Assembly: GCF_018977255.1 (NCBI RefSeq)
Contig: NW_024704743.1
Location: 86,306,001-86,370,000 of the forward strand
Length of the DNA: 64,000 bases
Direction: 5' to 3'
Source of the DNA: Callorhinchus milii
Taxonomy: Eukaryota
Part shown: positions 34,682 through 48,334 of the stretch, piece by piece
Position numbering within the stretch: position 1 is the stretch's first letter
Layout of the letters: each line of letters begins with the position of its first letter
Program-made: the position numbers and the translations under genes
The notes under the pieces: generated by a model
The model's input: the letters and a program-made list of their open reading frames with translations, nothing else
The model's database searches: none
Told to the model about the DNA's origin: nothing

Positions 34682-36742
34682 AAAATTTACCGCTCCACTC
34701 TAGCCTCGGCCAAGTCGTCCTTCTACTCCAGGATAATCCTGGAGGCGAAGAACAACCCCAGGCTACTGTTTTCCACCACAACCCGACTCCTCCGTCCCCC
34801 CCGCCACCCCGCGCAGGTCATCTCCTCCAACCTTCACTGCGAGGAGATGCTGGATTTCCTTGAATCCAAGATCAAGGGAATCCGCTCCGCGGTCACTTCC
34901 CCTCCAACTTCCACCCACCACCCACCCCTTCCCTCCCACACTCCGACTCCTACCCATCCTCCCCTACACACCTTCGTACCCGTTTCCCCACCCTCTGTCA
35001 CTGAACTCATCCTATCCCTAAAACCAACCACCTGCTCCCTTGACCCCATCCCCACTCCACTCCTTATCTCCCAGCTCCACTTTCTTGCCCCACATATCAC
35101 TGACATCATCAACCTGTCCCTCTCCTCTGGCTCTGTCCCCATTCCATTAAAAACTGCCATCATCACGCCCACCCTGAAAAAACCCTCCCTTGATGCGTCG
35201 CAGCTATCAAGCTACCGGCCCATCTCCAACCTCCCCTTTCTCTCCAAGGTCTTGGAAAGAGTTGTCGCCTCCCAACTGCGCTCTTTCCTTTCCACCCATT
35301 CTCTTTTTGAACCCCTTCAGTCAGGTTTCCGTGCTGCCCATAGCACAGAAACTGCCCTGGTCAAGGTCACCAATGATATCCTGACCATCTGTGACCAGGG
35401 CTCCCTCTGTCTCCTCGTCCTCCTCGACCTATCGGCAGCATTCGATACGGTCGACCACGCTATCCTACTCCACCGCTTGTCCTCCCACCTCAACCTTCAA
35501 GGCACTGTCCTTGAATGGTTTAGGTCGTACCTTTCTCACCGTCTTCACTTTGTCTCAACGAATGGCTTCTCCTCCACCCCCCGTACTGTCTCATGTGGTG
35601 TCCCTCAGGGCTCTGTCCTCGGTCCCCTCCTCTTCACCCTCTATATGCTCCCCCTCGGTGACATCATCCGCAGACATGGAGTTAACTTCCACATGTATGC
35701 GGATGACACCCAACTCTACCTTTCCTCCTCTACTCTCAACTCCACGACCACCGATGTCCTGACAGCCTGCCTGTCCGACATCGAGTCCTGGACGAGAGAC
35801 AACTTTCTTCAGCTCAACGTGCGAAAAACCGAGGCCCTCCTGATTGGCTCACGTCAGCGCCTCCGCACCTCAGGCGCTGACACCATCAGCATCCAAGGCT
35901 GCACTCTCCACCTCTCAAAGCCAGTCAGGAACCTCGGCGTTTTGTTCGACCCTGAGCTGTCCTTTCTCCCTCACATCCGCACCACAACTGGCACCGCCTT
36001 CCATCACCTCCGGAACATCGCCAGACTACGGCACTACCTCACCCCTCACGCTGCTGAAACCCTGGTCCACGCCTTTGTCACCTCAAGGCTGGACTATGGG
36101 AACTCTCTCCTCGCCGGCCTTCCCGCCACCTCCCTCCACAAGCTGCAGGTCATTCAGAACTCTGCAGCTCGTGTACTGTCCCGCACCAGGCTTCGGGACC
36201 ACATCACTCCCACCCTCGCTCGCCTCCACTGGCTCCCCATCCCCCAGAGGATTGATTTCAAGATCCTCATCCTCACCTACAAGGCCATTCACGGCCTTGC
36301 TCCCTCCTACCTCTCCAACCTACTATCCCCCTACCTACCTGCCCGTACCCTCCGTTCCTCTGGCTCCGGTCTGCTCCACGTCCCCCGCCCCAACCGCCCT
36401 ACCATCGGTGGTCGGGCCTTCAGCCTCTCAGCCCCAGGCTCTGGAACTCCATCCCCCAGTGCCTTCGCCTTGCTTCCTCCCTTGCCTCCTTCAAGGCCGG
36501 TCTCAAAACCTTTCTCTTTGACCGTGCCTTCAGCTCCCCTCTCGACCCTCTTCCCCCTCCTCGCTCCTTCCCTTCCCTCCCCTCACCCTGACCATTTCCA
36601 CCCTCCTTGCTCCCTCCCTTCCCTCACCCTGACCATTTCCCCCCTGCTCGGGTCATGACCCAAATGTGCAGCGCCTTGGGACGTCCTCCTGACGTGAAAG
36701 GCGCTTTATAAAAGGAATCTTGTTGTTGTTGTTGTTGTTGTT
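34682..36742 (+). mobile_element. Young 5'-truncated L2 LINE with near-intact reverse transcriptase
   Basis: Open frame to about 36435 with [42 protein letters not shown] and YADD (35696-35707); single 1-bp deletion near the C-terminus; (TTG)n tail; no endonuclease domain. Confidence 0.97.
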
Positions 36743-37598
36743 TTGATGTGGGGTTTGAACCCACAACCTCAAAGTTGAGAATGCTACCAACTAGTGGGAT
36801 TGAATAGGCAGCTTGGTCTGATCCCGGTGCAGATTCAATGGGCCGAAAGCCCTCCTTCTGTGCTATCAATTTTTATGAATCTACTCATTATGTTACATGA
36901 TAAATGTATCAAATGTCTCCTTTTTTTAAAAAAAAGGCTAAGGTTTAAACTACGGAAAACTGCGAAAATAAATAGAATAGGAGAGAAAACATAAGGTGAC
37001 ACCTACAATGATAATACTGGCAGCGGTGACAAATAGAAAACAAGTTTTGCTATAAGGATAAAGGATAAAGGTATTCCGTTCATTTTCATTGATCTCATTC
37101 AAACCCATCATCAAGGTTTTGGATTATTTCTAGATTGCATTTTACCATTGTAAAACAAAATTACACCTTCATTCCTGTTTTTATTGAGTCTGTGGCATCA
37201 ATGGAATAATACAATGAGGTGACAATAGGACCAGCGCTCCGGGACACTACCTCCAGTGAAGAGCACGATATAACGCAAGTTGTTGTTGTTGATTCTCATC
37301 CCAGCCCACAGACCCTACACACCTACAATGAAGTATGAAGTATAAAAAAGTGGTATAGAAGTCCTTGAAGCACAAGCATTGTCATCATTTATAGTTCTGA
37401 TGGACAAACTTTTTGGTTGGCAAACCAAATGCATTTTTCTTCATGGGTATCATGTCCCGGTAGCTACAGGAAACAAGGTTTTGATTTGGCGGGAACTTGT
37501 GTGGACTTGTGCAGGTGTTTGGTGGGCTACTTCTTGATAACCCAAGAGTGGCATGTGGGCTACCCCACATGTAATCTAAATAAAATTTTTTAAAAATT

Positions 37599-37771
37599 TG
37601 GTCACTTAATCCACGACTGTTTGTGGGACACTGCTGTGCGCAATTGACTGCCGGGTTTCGCCCACAAAACATACAGTCAATTCTCTTTACATTATATTCT
37701 GTGAAGCTCTTTGAGATATCTAGAAGATGTGATAAGGCACTATATCAAATGCAAGGATCATTATTATTATC
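37599..37771 (+). mobile_element. SINE 3' half
   Basis: Deu motif plus L2 tail plus (ATT)n. Confidence 0.85.
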
Positions 37772-38356
37772 AATACCTTGTTTGTAGTAGCTCCTGAGCC
37801 GCAATACCCACGGCATAACAATAAATTAAGAATTATTTAATAAAAAAATTTGGTTGGCTGACCAAAAAGGTTGGTCACCACTGATTTACATTTACGAGGA
37901 AACTAGATATACATATGAGGAAGAAGGGAAAGAAGGGTATGGGAAGGAGTAGATGGAAACTCGTGTGGAGTTTAAACACCAGCACAGACTAGCTGGGCCA
38001 AATGCTCTGTTTCAGTGCCCTAAAGTCTATGTAAATTTAGGCATTGAAATCAAGAGCACAATCATTCTTTCCCATAATTTTACGACTGAAAAGCTTTGCC
38101 TCTCTCTGTCATCCTTCATCCTAACTGCAAAGATGTTTAAATCCCTACAAAATACTGTCACTACATTTAATAATAAGAATGTGTGAAGTGCTTTGAGATG
38201 ACCTGATGTGAAAGGCACTATGTGAAATGCACAAATTATTTTTTATTACTTGTTTGTCATGTAGTACAGCTCCCTCCTGTGGGGAAGAATATACCACCAC
38301 GCTCCTCTCCACGGGATTGACAAGAACTAATTTTTCACAATATTTTGTGTTCCAAT

Positions 38357-38515
38357 ACTCAATCCACGATTGTTTGTGGGACACTGCTGTGAGCAATTGG
38401 CTGCCACGATTCAAACACAAAATATACAGTCAATTCACTTTATAGTATATTTCTGTGAAGCGCTTTGAGACATCTCCAAGACTTGATAAGACACTATCAA
38501 ATGCAATAATAATAG
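38357..38515 (+). mobile_element. SINE 3' half
   Basis: Deu motif plus L2 tail. Confidence 0.85.
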
Positions 38516-38639
38516 TTATACTACATGGATTGATGTTTTCTCTCCTATTCTATTTATTTTTGCAGTTCCCTGCAGTTCAAACTTTGGGCTTTTTTAAAAA
38601 AAGGAGATATTTGATACATTTATTATGTAACATAATGAG

Positions 38640-39020
38640 TAGAAACATAGAAATGTATAACACAAAAGAGGGCATTTGGCTGATCAAATCTGCACCGGGA
38701 TCAGACCAAACTGGCTATTCAATCCCACTACCCGCCCTATCCCCATACCTCTTGAAGCAACAGTCTTTCATATTCCTGTCTACCTCCACCCTTTGAAAGC
38801 CACAATGGACTCTGCCTCAACTATTCTCCTTGGCAGGGTGTTCCACATCCCTAAAACTCCCTGTGTGAAAACCTTTCTCCCTAGCTCTCATTTTGCTCTT
38901 CTTATGACTTATTTATATGTCCTCTTGTCACTGACTCCCCTACTAGTGCAAATAGACTTCTTTCTCCCTATTTACCTTTTCAAAATCGCTTATAATTTTG
39001 TACACCTTTATCAGTTCCAA
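38640..39020 (-). mobile_element. CR1 3' fragment, diverged
   Basis: TAGAAACATAGAAA tail and reverse-complement FFT.RV...WN.LP-like region. Confidence 0.7.
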
Positions 39021-39461
39021 TGATTTGTAAAACTTACTTCTGTACTCTAGGTAATGAATATACAACTAATATATTCATCGTATTCGGATGCTAAAAACTC
39101 TGATCAATTCTCAGAATGCTGTTAAATGGCTAAGAAAGACTCTTTAAATGTCTAGGACTTTGAAATTAATTCAATATTTCCAAAGTTTATGTTTTTACTG
39201 AAATCTCTCTAAGAAAGTTAACAGAATTTTCTCGTGAGTAGTTTTGTAACTGGAGCAAACACTGAGGGCCTATGATTGAAGGATCAGTCTTTTCTATTCC
39301 AGCCATCTGTAGCTTGTTCCTGATCAGGATCATTTGATTCTGTAGCACTTTACTGTGGTCTCTATATTTGTCCTTCATCTCTGTGACTATTTTTAGTCAA
39401 CTCTCTTTTATTCTGATTATCAGACATGACATCCTGTTCCTCAGCACTTCATCTGTACAGC

Positions 39462-39640
39462 TATTCTTTATTTTCTCACTCTTTTCTCGTTTTCTTTTTC
39501 TCTCTCCCTCTCTCTTTCTCTTGTTCTTGCTCTCTTCCTTTCTCTTTCTTTCTCTCTTTTTATCTCTATACCTCTGTTTCCCATTCTTTCTCCAATCCCT
39601 CCATGCTCACCTCTCCTCCTTCCCTCTCCTCCTTCCCCAT
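39462..39640. repeat. Polypyrimidine (CT-rich) low-complexity tract
   Basis: About 180 bp that are mostly C and T. Confidence 0.9.
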
Positions 39641-39688
39641 CTAATATCTGACATGTTCTGTGAGAAATGCACAATACAGATTGTTCTT

Positions 39689-39707
39689 TGGCCACTAGAT
39701 GGCAGCC
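39689..39707 (+). promoter_or_regulatory. Strong CTCF-like motif
   Basis: TGGCCACTAGATGGCAGCC is a near-consensus CTCF site. Confidence 0.6.
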
Positions 39708-40619
39708 AATATCTTCACATTGGATGGTGTCAGAGTTTTTAAGTGAACTTTCTCTGATTATGTCCAATTCTAATGTCTCATCAAGAAAAAAGAGCAATCA
39801 ACTTGAAATGTATTTTTAGAATTTTCCCTTTTGTTTAAAGGCTAAATAACTAATAAACTGCAGTCACTGCCTTAAAAGTTTGTTATTCAAATCATTCAAT
39901 TCAATTCAATCCTGATTTGTAAGGAGATTGGCTAAATGCAGCAATGCTGTGATAGAGACCCAAATACAGGTATATTTTTCAAGCGATGCACTTTGAAACA
40001 TCCTCCCAACATGGAAAGTGCTATCTCAAACATAAGTCAGGATTTTTATTACGTTCTAGAGAGTAACATTTCTAATCTGTAACCACTTCTTCACATCACG
40101 AGAAAGGTTCAGAAGAAGAAAACTCTTTGGCCCATTTGATCTTTTCCTTCCAGAATACTCACCTCACTGTCTCCCATTACAGCATCAAACTGTTTCTTAA
40201 ATGAATGTCAATTCTAACCTCAACCACCCTTGCTTTAACCTCAGGCACATAAATACTTCCTGGTGTTCTGTTCTGATATTGTTTTTGCAATAATAACCTG
40301 TATCCTCTTTATTTGCTGCTTTGGAATATCTGAAAATATTACTCTGGGTTTACTTTCTTTATCGTCATCATTTCTTTAGCATTTTACATAGATTGCGAAC
40401 CATTGGCAAATTGTAGCGCAATGATATGAAGCATGCAGTATAAATGTGGCAATATTTAAACATATTGTTTATATAATGCAGTATAAACATATAAACATAT
40501 TTTATGCAGTATAAACATAGACGGCATAAATGTAACCTGATGTGTCTTGCTGACTACTCTCCATGCACTAGGACCTGCACTGTACTAAAAGTGCAGTACA
40601 CTTCTGGCTTATGTTGCTA

Positions 40620-41010
40620 CTGATTATATAGTCTTTGCATTTCGTTTAGCACCTTTCACATCAGGAGAACATCTCAAAGCACTTCACAGGATTTACTATG
40701 ACTGTATATTTGTAGGTGAACGAGGCAGCTTAATTGCCCTCAGCAATGTCGCACAAACAGCCATGAAACAAAAAACTATTTTATTTGGGGATTGTTGCTT
40801 CTCCTTTCGAACAGTGCTTTCAGGTCTACTTGAACAGTCTGATGGAACCTTGTTTTAATGTTTTATCCAAAGGACAACACCTCCCAACCCCCCCTCAAAT
40901 TGCATTGGAGTGTCATCTTAAACTCTGTGAGTTGAATTCCTGACATAGGGTTTGAATCCATTACATTTGACTCAGAGGCGAGTGTGCTATCACTGTGCCA
41001 AGCTGATACA
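40620..41010 (-). mobile_element. Old Deu SINE, near full length
   Basis: Tail, Deu motifs and tRNA head (GGGTTTGAATCC...TGACTCAGAGGCGAGTGTGCTATCACTG). Confidence 0.75.
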
Positions 41011-41082
41011 TGGTTGACTTCCTGCACATGGTGCTTTAGGCCTCCCAATCTCTGGGCAATTACTGGAAACTTTCACAAGAGT

Positions 41083-41341
41083 CAGGGCGAAACCTTGGAC
41101 AAGTTTCCTTCCTCCACACGCCTAATGATAATCCCTGCAAAAACCCAAAACAATAATAAATTGGTCATTTTCAATCTACGACTGTTTGTGGGACATTGCT
41201 GTGCGCAATTGGCTGCCGCGTTCGCCCACAAATATACAGTCAATTCACTTTACAGTGTGTTCTGTGAAGCGCTTTGGGACGTCCTCCCGACGTGAAAAGC
41301 GCTATATCAAATGCAAGGATTATTATTATTATTATTATTAT
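41083..41341 (+). mobile_element. Young SINE lacking most of the tRNA head
   Basis: Starts at CAGGGCGAAACC; body nearly identical to the young copies. Confidence 0.9.
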
Positions 41342-43269
41342 GGGCAGACTTTTGTGTGCCTTTCAGGAGATGGGTTTCGACTGTACAACTCCATTACACC
41401 CTTACAGGGAGGGGAGAACTTCAATCCCATCAGTCTACACAGTACTCAAACCAGCAATAAGTGGTCAGCTCATCCACTTCAGCAGGTTACTCTGCCATTT
41501 TCCACAGGGTAACATCAATTTGTATTGCGCACAAACAATGACTCATATTTAGCATGCGTGCAGTGAGTTTAAGTGTAGCCATCTGCATGTTACATGTGAC
41601 TGAATATTAGAGCAGAAATTCAATTTGGCTAAAGCTGGTGTGAATTTGTCTCCATAATAAACCTTCTTTGTAGTAACACTGGAATGTGTAATGATACTCA
41701 GTCATTATTAATACTTCAGTTCAGGCTGCCTTAGTTATCTGGCACATTCTCTATACAAAATACACATAATTTGTGACATATGTCTAAAGTATTTATTCAG
41801 CAGATAGTGATGCCCAGTCTGTGTATTAGAGCGTTTACGTGGTAAGGAAATGGCTCAATGTTTCTGATTGAATACATGACTCAAGCAACACAACACAACT
41901 TTGCCAGAAGGTGGTGCTGTATATAAACTTGAAACATATTCAGTGTGAGTCTTATTTAAAACAAGGGAAACTCAGTTCATTTCTCTTTAGTTACCTCCTT
42001 ACAGTTAGAACTGGAAAAAGTCAAAAGTCTTCAGAGGAATGTTAGACTTGTGGGAGGACAGAATGGATAAGGGTGGAGTGAAGAACTTCTTTGGATTTAA
42101 GAAGCAACTGTCACTGATCAAAAGACAGATGGGTCAGGTCTGCGACTCCCTAGTGAATTAACTGAGACAGGAGAGGATCAACTTTCAAGTTAAACACTGC
42201 TTTTCAGAAGCTGCCTTTCCAATTTGATTCCACAATTATTTATGCACAATTAACTAAAAATATTGATTCCTTTTATGATTTTTTAAAAAAAACTAAACCT
42301 TTGCCCTTCTATCATATCCCAATATCATCATCTGAAGCTCCTATGAGTGCAAACACATTTGATTGTCCTTTGCTGCTCTGTGTCTGTCTTTGTCTCTGAC
42401 ACTCCTTGTGGCATCTGGCTGTCTTTATATCCTTATGTCTTTGTATCCTTATGTGTTCACCACAATTTTGATTCGCTTCGCTTCATGGCTATTTTTGGGG
42501 CATTGCAGTACACAAAATTGTCTGTTGCATTTGCCTTAAAATAGACAGTCACTATATTTTACAATAAATCTCATAAAGCATTTTGAGGCATCTCGGAGAG
42601 CTTAGTAATCATTTTTGGTAATATAATAGGACATCAGGTTAGAAGATTATTAGAAAAGATCACTAGTTTGTGCCTACTGCATCCCAATCAACCCTGGCTA
42701 TAGCCCCTTCGCCCGAGCTGATGATCTGACATCAATGCAGCATCATGTCAACTACTGTGCAACATGAGGGGAGAGGTAGCTGACCCTATAGTATCCAGTT
42801 CCAATTCCAATTTTGTACGAATTAGACCTGAGACTGACATCCTGCAATGCTTTAGCTGTGCTGTATTTGTAAAAATATTAATTTAAAAAATCAACGGGAC
42901 CTGCAGTAAATTAGAATTCTTTATTCTAAGACTTGAAACGTAATCTCCATGTCAAAATTGAGAAATGTCAAGAATAAATGATGCCTTTTGTGAAGTAGAG
43001 AGAAAGTAACAGTCTTTATGGAAAAGACTGCTAAGTGAGCTTTTTCTGGAGAGAGGGGAAGGGAGAAGAGACACTTTTATCAGATTGGGGGACCGATATC
43101 TTTCACTGTGAATTGGACCCTTCAAGAATTTAATTTTAATAATAATACAAAAAAAGCTTGTATTTGACATAGCACTATTCACTTCAGAAGGTGCTCAAAG
43201 TGCTTCACTGAATATGAATAAATTAGGCCTTTTGTGAATTAAAGAGACAGTAACCCAGTCTTTGTGGAA

Positions 43270-44321
43270 AAGACTGTCCTATTTAACTAATCACCAACAG
43301 TACATCTTGGCAAATGCTTTTTCCTCTTGCCCTGGCCTGGTCAACTGCGGGGTTCCCCAAGGCTTCATCCTTGGCCCCCTCCTTTTCCTTACCTACATGC
43401 TCCCTCTTGGCGATGTCATCCACAGACAACTTGATGTCAACGTCCACATGCATGCGGATGACACCCAAATCTATTTCCCCTCCAGCTGCGAGTTCCTGTC
43501 CGCTGATGTCCTGTCAGCTTGTTTGACAGACATCAAAGCCTGGATAAGCACACATTTTCTGTAGCTGAATGTTGGCAAGACGGAAGCGATACTCTTTGGC
43601 TCCCATCAACATCTTCCCTCCTGTGGGTCTGAACTCCTCAACCACCCCTCAGGGCTCTCCCTCAGACTCTCTGAATCCGTGGACAACCAAGGCATCAGGT
43701 TCAATTCCCAACTTTCCTTTCTACCCTCTATCTGTTCCGTCATCAGGACTGCTTTTTTCCAAATCCGCCACATTGCGCACCTCTGTCCGTACCTCACAAC
43801 AAAACCAACCAAAACCCTTGTTCATGCCTCCGTAACTTCCCGGCTGGACTATTCCACTGCTCTCCTCGCTGGTCTCCCCAGTTCCACCATACAAAAATTC
43901 AGAACTCTGCCGCCCAGATTGTCACACGACCAAAAATGCATACCCCCATCACACCAGTCCTTGCCAGACTCTACTGGCTCCCAATTACTGAACGGATCGA
44001 TTTCAAGATCGTCCCACTCCCCCACCTGCTGTCTCCGCTTGGTTGGCTCCAGCCTCCTGTTGGTCCCTCATGCCCTCTGCTCCACCATCGGTGGCCATGC
44101 CTTCAGTCACTAAACCCCCAAACCCTGGAACTCTCTCTCTCAATCCTCCGCCTTGTCCCCTCCCTCCCCACTTTCAAATCCCGCCTAAAGACCTTCCTTT
44201 TGGTCGTGCTTACAATCACCTCCCTCTCCCTCTCCCCCTGGCTTGGAGTCAGACTCCACCACTATCTAGTGCTTTGGGACGCTACCCTGTGTGAAGGGCG
44301 CTATATAAATGCAAGTTGTTG
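43270..44321 (+). mobile_element. L2 LINE, 5'-truncated, decayed RT
   Basis: [49 protein letters not shown]. Confidence 0.95.
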
Positions 44322-46767
44322 ATATACTGTAAAGTGTAGGGACTGTTTTTTTCTAAACAAAAGCGACCACCAATTTGCATAAAGCAATGTCCCACAAACA
44401 GTCAATTTTAAAAGATTTAGAAAGGTTTGACAAACAGCTTTTTGAGAAATTACTGCTTCCAAGAATTTATTGCATAAAAGGAAAGCAAAACCTTACAGAG
44501 TTCTTGTTCCCTAGTCATACTGGAAAACAATGTTTTTCAATATATATTTTATATCTTTAATGCAAAGTCCTTGTGTTTGAGGATTGTGGAGATCTACCTC
44601 ATCTGCTGGGCCACTCCACCAATGTTTCTGAGGGTGCGGAGCTCAGAAAACACATTTTTCATTGAGGGCGACAACAATTTGTACATCTTATTTTCCATTA
44701 CAGATGGATTGCACAGTGAGATCTAATATCTGCACAAAAGCAAGCCAACATGAGATTAAACTGCTGCTCAATATCATGCTTTGAGCAGAAAGCACTACCT
44801 CTATTTTTAAATCATGTTCCCTGATGCAGGCTGGGCTGATGATGGGGAAGGCTGAACGGAGACTGGCTACATTAATGGTGGCTCCAGATAGAACATGCTC
44901 AACCCCAACACACAACTATAATGATTAACATGAATCTTGACTTCATTGTCATTTTACTGAAATAGATTGACATAGTGGACCACATGCAATGCTGTCCAGT
45001 GAGGACTATATTAATTCTAATTTAGAAGCCCAGTGACTCATAGAAACAGCACCGAGTGATGGTTGGAGTGGAAGGAAAAATTTGGTTAAGTCACTGATAC
45101 TTCAAAGCTCTGTGATTATAATCAGTCAAATGCCACACTGCATGTAAAGTAATGGACACCTGGGAGCCATTCAATGTCAGTAATCCAATCATAACTTTCT
45201 CTGCCTGTCATAAAACATGAGAATGATTTATAAGCATCATCCAAACATAAAGATTGGATTACTGCCTTGAAATCACTCTTGTATTATGTTATATAATGTA
45301 TTATTTTAATATTAAGGAGTAGTTTTATTCAGGGTTGGGGCACTTTTGGGGTTTACATTAGATCTGTGTTTGGATTCCAGTAGCCAGTGACATTGATGGG
45401 GAAGGCCTGTCTCTCAGTGGCAGGAGTTTAACACAGTGACAACATATTACAAATTAATGATAAAATAATTTGCAGATCGTTACTAGGAAATTCAATCCCC
45501 ACCATATAATGTCGGTTAGAACATGGAAATAAATAGAAACATCTTGTGAGATTTTCACATGTCACCTACAATTAGTGACCGGACTTGGGAATCAAGTTGA
45601 ATTTCTGTACCTCTTTGATGTTCATTTTTGACCGAGCTTTCGGTCATCTATTCGCTTCCCACCCCTCTTGGCTCCCACCTCCAGCTCGGGTGTCCATCCA
45701 ACACTGTCAAGTATTTTGAGACGTCTTCCCAACATGAAAGGTACTACATCCATGTAAATTGTATTATATAGTATATCCCTGAAGTTGTATGTTTGACAGA
45801 CAAAACATAGACACGTATGTGATTGATGCACATGAAGAAGTAATGCAAGAGCTAAGCAAAGGCAAAGACGTTTCTTAATCATCTATTCGTTTATGTAGTA
45901 ATGTAGGAATACAAGAAGAAAAGGCTTTAGATGCTATGATTTATAACATGTATCGAGCAGTAAATCTGATAGTGGTAAATCATTGCAGCAGTGCCACACT
46001 TACCTGGAGCTGTTCTCAAAAGTAGGTCCTGAAAGTGCAAAATTAGGTGAACAGTGAAATAGCCATTAATGGGTGAGAAGTGTGTGCTTATTATTGATGG
46101 AAACTGAACTCAGAGTTTAGGTCAACCTCAAATGGACCAGGTCAGGTTAATTCCAGGTTAGATCAGGCAATGCCATGAATTACTCGCTTGCATCTCTATT
46201 CCCATCAAAACCTGGGAACCTCCACTGAAATTAGAGCTCTGCTGTTTGTGCTAGAACAATATTGACAGCAGCTTCTTAGTGACCTTCGAGAGCAGCACTT
46301 TGCCATTGTTGGATGAGCTGCAGGAATTTAGTCAAAAGATTAGGTAGTTTTTAATGCAGCGTAAAGTCGGGACATTTTTAAGGCGATTAACTGCGATGAT
46401 ATATCAGCTCCAGTGATTCAGCAAAGACTCCTCCACTTTTTGATAGAAGATAGATAAGGGCAATGAAAGGCAAAAAATGTGGAAGAGCCTATACAGAAGC
46501 ACAACGATTCAGATTATGAATTAGGGTCTTGTATATGTAATTCATCGAATGTCATGCACATCAATGAAGGATTAGCCAGTACTTTGATTATTAGAAGCTC
46601 TCATGTAAATGTAATTTTATGGACATCAAACTATGTGAACGTAATAAACATGTCTTGAGGATTTTAACATGTGTTGTGTATATTCTGTGTCTCATAAATA
46701 ATTAAATAACATGTAAATTTGCAGAAAAAAATATAAGAAACTATATAATAATAATAAATATAATAAA

Positions 46768-47197
46768 CTCCACTGGCTCCCTGTCACAGAGTGGATCGAC
46801 TTCAAGATCCTCACTCTAGTGTTTAAATCCCTCCATTCCTTGCACCCCTCCTATCTGCCTAACCTCCTCTCTCCCCATAGCAGTACCCGCTGTCTCCACT
46901 CTACTGGGTCCAGTCTCCTCCACGTCCCCCGAATCTTCCGCTCCACCATCAGCGGCCATGCCCTGAGCCAATACGCCCTGAAACTTTGGAATTTCCTCTT
47001 TCAACCCCTTTGCCTTGTCCTCTCCTTCCCCATCTTCAGGTCGCACCTGAAAACAAAGACCTTTTTCAACCGTGCCTACGGTCACCTTCCCCCTCCCCCT
47101 GGCTTGGCCTCGGGCTCCGCCATTGTTAAGCACTCTGAGACACTGCCCGGTGTGGAGGGTGCTATATAAATGCAAGTTGCTGCTGCTGTTGTTGTTG
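46768..47197 (+). mobile_element. L2 3' fragment
   Basis: LHWLPV...IDFKIL...ALKLWN...FRSHLKT; tail GCTATATAAATGCAAGTTGCTG. Confidence 0.9.
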
Positions 47198-47227
47198 AGT
47201 AAAATAATCTATCTTTTAAGTATTCCA

Positions 47228-47512
47228 ATGGACTTTAAAGATCCCATGGTACTATTCAAAAAGTAAAGGGAGATTCTCCCTATGTTCTGGCCGATAATTC
47301 CTCAGATAAAATTGATCATTCACTCCTTAACTGTTTCCAGGACATTGCTGTGCACAAACTGGCTGTCGCATTTTGCCTACAAAATATGCAGTCAAACCAT
47401 TTTATGGTATATCTTGTGAAGCGCTTTGAGACATCTCAACAATGTGATAAGGCACTATGCCAAATGTAAGGATTAATATTATTATTGTTGTTATTATTAT
47501 TATTATTATTAT
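47228..47512 (+). mobile_element. Old Deu SINE, 5'-truncated
   Basis: TAAAGATCCCATGGTACTATTC Deu motif through to the (ATT)n tail. Confidence 0.8.
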
Positions 47513-48334
47513 AAGAAACTCCCTTCTTTTGAATAGCTGTACAGTTGGCAAGGGCTAAGGCTTGAGTTCCCACAGTGTGAAAACTGGCATTTCCTGTCGA
47601 TTGTCCAACTTGGACTATCCTAAGGCTTTAGCTTGCCAGAATGGGAATATTGCCTGCCCACAGTGATTGGTCTGTTCCTCCAAGTCCTGCTAACATGTTT
47701 GGCTGATCCATCATCAGCAGATCCTTGAGGTGAATCTGTCCTGTAATGTACACAAAGTTTATTTGAAAATAAAGTAATGAGTGTTTGAATAAACTCATTA
47801 TGGTTTAAAATGCCACCCATTAACTGGGAGAAATTACAAACATTATTGTGTGTTGACTATGACAAACATGCCCAGATTACTAGCCAATGGACAATATTTG
47901 TGAACGTGGACTTTATTAAATAACTTTTTATCACTCATCATCATATAGAGTTCCACGTGATACCAAGATGGCTGAATATCCTAGACTATCATGATGGTCA
48001 AGATGTGTCACCTCAAAAAGAGTTAACATCTCTTTAAGGTGACACAGTGCTATTTCTGTGCCAAGATGAAACGATGACAGTGGCTTAATTTATTTCAGGA
48101 ATATTATGAGTTGGAAAGGTTTAATATCCTTCCTGCTGCTGCCATGTGGAAAACTAATATTTTGGATCCCAAAGCACCCGAGAGCTGCTGAGCAGATGTG
48201 AAAGGCACACACTGCCAACAAGTGCCATGGAATTAGCACAGACCCTCTTTTCTTTCACTGCTGCATGGGCTTGGAGCTAGCTTGATTGCGAAATTCAGGA
48301 CTATCGGAGCATTGCTGTCTAGTTGGTTGATAAT

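Noticed and set aside
34667..36658. 663-aa ORF as a host gene or novel RT system
   Set aside because: Ordinary L2 ORF2 fragment with a LINE tail; no accessory genes or associated RNA array.
37021..37883. hAT-like terminal inverted repeats CAGCGGTGACAAA / TTGGTCACCACTG
   Set aside because: The flanking 8-mers (AATACTGG and ATTTACAT) do not form a TSD, so pairing of the two ends is unsupported.
39368..39797. Hydrophobic and Arg/Glu-rich ORFs
   Set aside because: Translations of a CT/GA low-complexity tract.
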